64,000 bases of DNA from Octopus sinensis. Its lineage: Eukaryota. The position numbers and the translations under genes were made by a program. Below, piece after piece: positions 61,871 to 64,000 of this stretch. Position 1 is the first letter of the stretch, and each line of letters opens with the position of its first letter. The stretch covers positions 32,984,001 to 33,048,000 of the forward strand of contig NC_043003.1 of the NCBI RefSeq assembly GCF_006345805.1. Reading direction: 5' to 3'. A model generated the notes under the pieces. The model did not search any database, had not been told where the DNA came from, and saw only the letters and a program-made list of their open reading frames with translations.

Positions 61871-61910
61871 AGCAGCTGAATGGTGGCTTTAGGATGTTTC
61901 TGAGTTGTAT

Positions 61911-62047
61911 AGGCGCAAACTTCCCAACCACATGCTTCCGGGTTCAGTTCCACTACATGGCACCTTGGTTCGGTGTCTTCTACTATCGCCTCGGACCCAC
62001 AGAAGCTTTGTGAGATTTGGTACACAGAAACCAGATGAAGCCTGTCA
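61911..62047 (+). mobile_element. SINE family A copy
   Basis: cttcccaaccacatgcttccgggttcagttccactacatggcaccttgg...ctactatcgcctcgg...gtgagatttggtacacagaaacc. Confidence 0.8.
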
Positions 62048-62118
62048 TGTATACATACATACATACACATGTATATATATATATATATATATATAAGTTC
62101 AGTATTACAGTCGCTAGG

Positions 62119-62154
62119 CTGAATCATGTCTAAAATGACTGAAACATGTTCGCT
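62119..62154 (+). ncRNA. Decayed minimal hammerhead-like motif next to (TA)n
   Basis: CTGAATCA t gtc-taaaat-gac t GAAAC AT GTT: stem II gtc/gac and ACATGT palindrome; first box and stem I damaged. Confidence 0.3.
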
Positions 62155-63879
62155 GTTGTGATTGTTCATCCGTAATATTTGATATACCCAAATATCAATG
62201 TAGATCTCTAATATCTGATTTCGCAAATATCAGACTTGGATACTGAATATATTTGGTTTTCGGAGTTTTGTTAATGCGATTCTGGATAAAAAATATTATT
62301 TGAAGTAGATTTAATTCTAATTAATTAAATATACTTTTGCTTCGCTATTTTACGTACATTACTTTCCATTTAACTATATGTCACCGAGGCAAAAGTCGTC
62401 TATAGAAAATTTCCTTTCGTCGAACATTATGTCATGAAATGTCAATGGGAATATGTGTCAAACAATTGGAAACATAGCGACAAATTTTACGACATGTAAA
62501 TGTCAAAATTTCCGGCATTTAGTGCTAAAATATATAAAGTTTGAAAATACAAGATATAGGGTCCAATAGTGTGATGTATAAGATAAAAGAATGCGTCGAT
62601 TAATAACTGAGGTTACAATAAGTAAAGATCAAATATGACAATTATTTTCAAAGATTACGATATGAGTTCAGAATTGAGATATGTACGGAAAAAATAATTG
62701 TAGCATGTGAAGAAAATAAATACTTGGGAGCTGTAACGTCAAATATTACAATATAAGGATGAAAGATTACTATAAGTAAAGTTAAATATTAAGACAGATA
62801 AGATGAAATGTATGACTGGTAAGTTTACATGTAAGTTAAAAACATTGACCTTAATTTGCCAGTCAGAAGTTTCATGAGAAACGCTTTAAAAATTTGCTGT
62901 TTTGTTTATATTTGTCTAATTCTAGAAAGATTAATGATAGTAATAATGAAGGTATTTTCAGATTCATGTTATTAATATCAATCATAATAACGCTCGGCTA
63001 TTGGTTAATAGAAGCAAAATGAATTATGTTTAGTTAACATTTCTATGAAAACAGATATGTCAGAGATGAAAAATATTTGGACAAAGTTTAGTCATAAAGG
63101 CGAATTTTTATTTACCAATACATAACCATTATTGCTATGAATATTAAACAAACTTTACTCTCACTTGTCGAAATTTTGAAAATGGGAATTAATGTAGATG
63201 CATATTTATCGGACATTTCAACCCGGCCTGTATTGTTTGCTAGATAATTTACACTTAGCCTCCATGACAATAAATAAATAAGCAAAATATTCGACAAAAA
63301 TGTAGGAAATATAAGTGAGATCTGCAGTATAAAATAACACACATACAGAGGTTAAAAAAGAACAAAACAAGAAATAGAAAGTTAGCAATGATTTCCAGAA
63401 ATAAGGTTATTTGAAAAATATTCACAATGCTTGAGGATTATAAAAAATTACTAAAGGTTAGAGGATAGCTAAAAGCAGCTATATCTACCGGAACTATTTC
63501 TGGATGGCAGCTAGAAAAGAGGAAAATAGTAACTAATAACAAGAAGCAAAAAGACGGAAAATAACCGTATAATATAAAGCAGACGAAGTGCCATGAAACC
63601 GGAAGCAACGCGTGCATCTTTGTTTGCTTCCGTTCAGCTAAGGTTTCTATCGTAAGCTAATGTTATAAAACTTGACGTTTCTTATTTCCAATTATTATCC
63701 TCCATGCTTTGCTGTTATTGTTGTTGCGCTGATTCTGCTGCTGATATTGTTACTGAAAATATCTTTTTTTTTTCGGCATATATATGTTGTGTGTGCACGT
63801 GCACGTGTGTGCGCATATGTATATATGTGTTGCACATATGTGTTGTGTATGCACATGTACGTGGGTGCGCATATGTGTA

Positions 63880-63900
63880 AGTGTATATATACATATATAA

Positions 63901-63994
<94 letters not shown>

Positions 63995-64000
63995 TATATA
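63880..64000. repeat. (TA)n microsatellite running to the window end
   Basis: Direct reading. Confidence 0.95.

Noticed and set aside
1107-63342. Dozens of low-complexity ORFs (YIYI, YLSI, poly-I/S/D/M/K/N/T/L)
   Set aside because: They are translations of TA, TATC, TACA, CAT, TAA, TTC and CTA microsatellites, open in several frames and on both strands
63580-63635. CAGACGA agtgccat GAAACCGGAA and adjacent cggaagcaa/ttgcttccg hairpin
   Set aside because: Core box and triplet altered, no stem I; hairpin is short

Overview
Eukaryotic, AT-rich, repeat-saturated window with no host exon, rRNA, true tRNA gene or CRISPR array that I can support. The SINE families (tRNA-Arg-like heads, Nin-like domain) and dense TA/TACA/TATC/TAA/CAT microsatellites suggest an octopus/coleoid cephalopod genome (inference from recall, not BLAST-confirmed). 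Almost all listed ORFs are microsatellite translations or decayed transposon ORFs. Recognisable elements: a decayed Gypsy internal region (6.8-10.7 kb) with a TA-TSD MITE inside its RT; several R4/Dong-like RLE non-LTR retrotransposons; CR1-like, RTE and L1-Tx1 LINE fragments; three mariner remnants; Helitron pieces; a 6.7-kb hAT-type element with an 8-bp TSD carrying nested cargo; and many SINEs. The most interesting signal is a series of short islands docked in or beside (TA)n/(TACA)n microsatellites that carry Penelope-type minimal hammerhead ribozyme cores (CTGANGA/CCGATGA ... GAAAC-palindrome-GTH), mostly decayed. They occur alongside microsatellite-embedded foldback hairpins and a family with terminal redundancy or tandem dimers. 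Different retroelement clades also appear to occupy different microsatellite types. Coordinates were counted by eye; boundaries of decayed elements are approximate.
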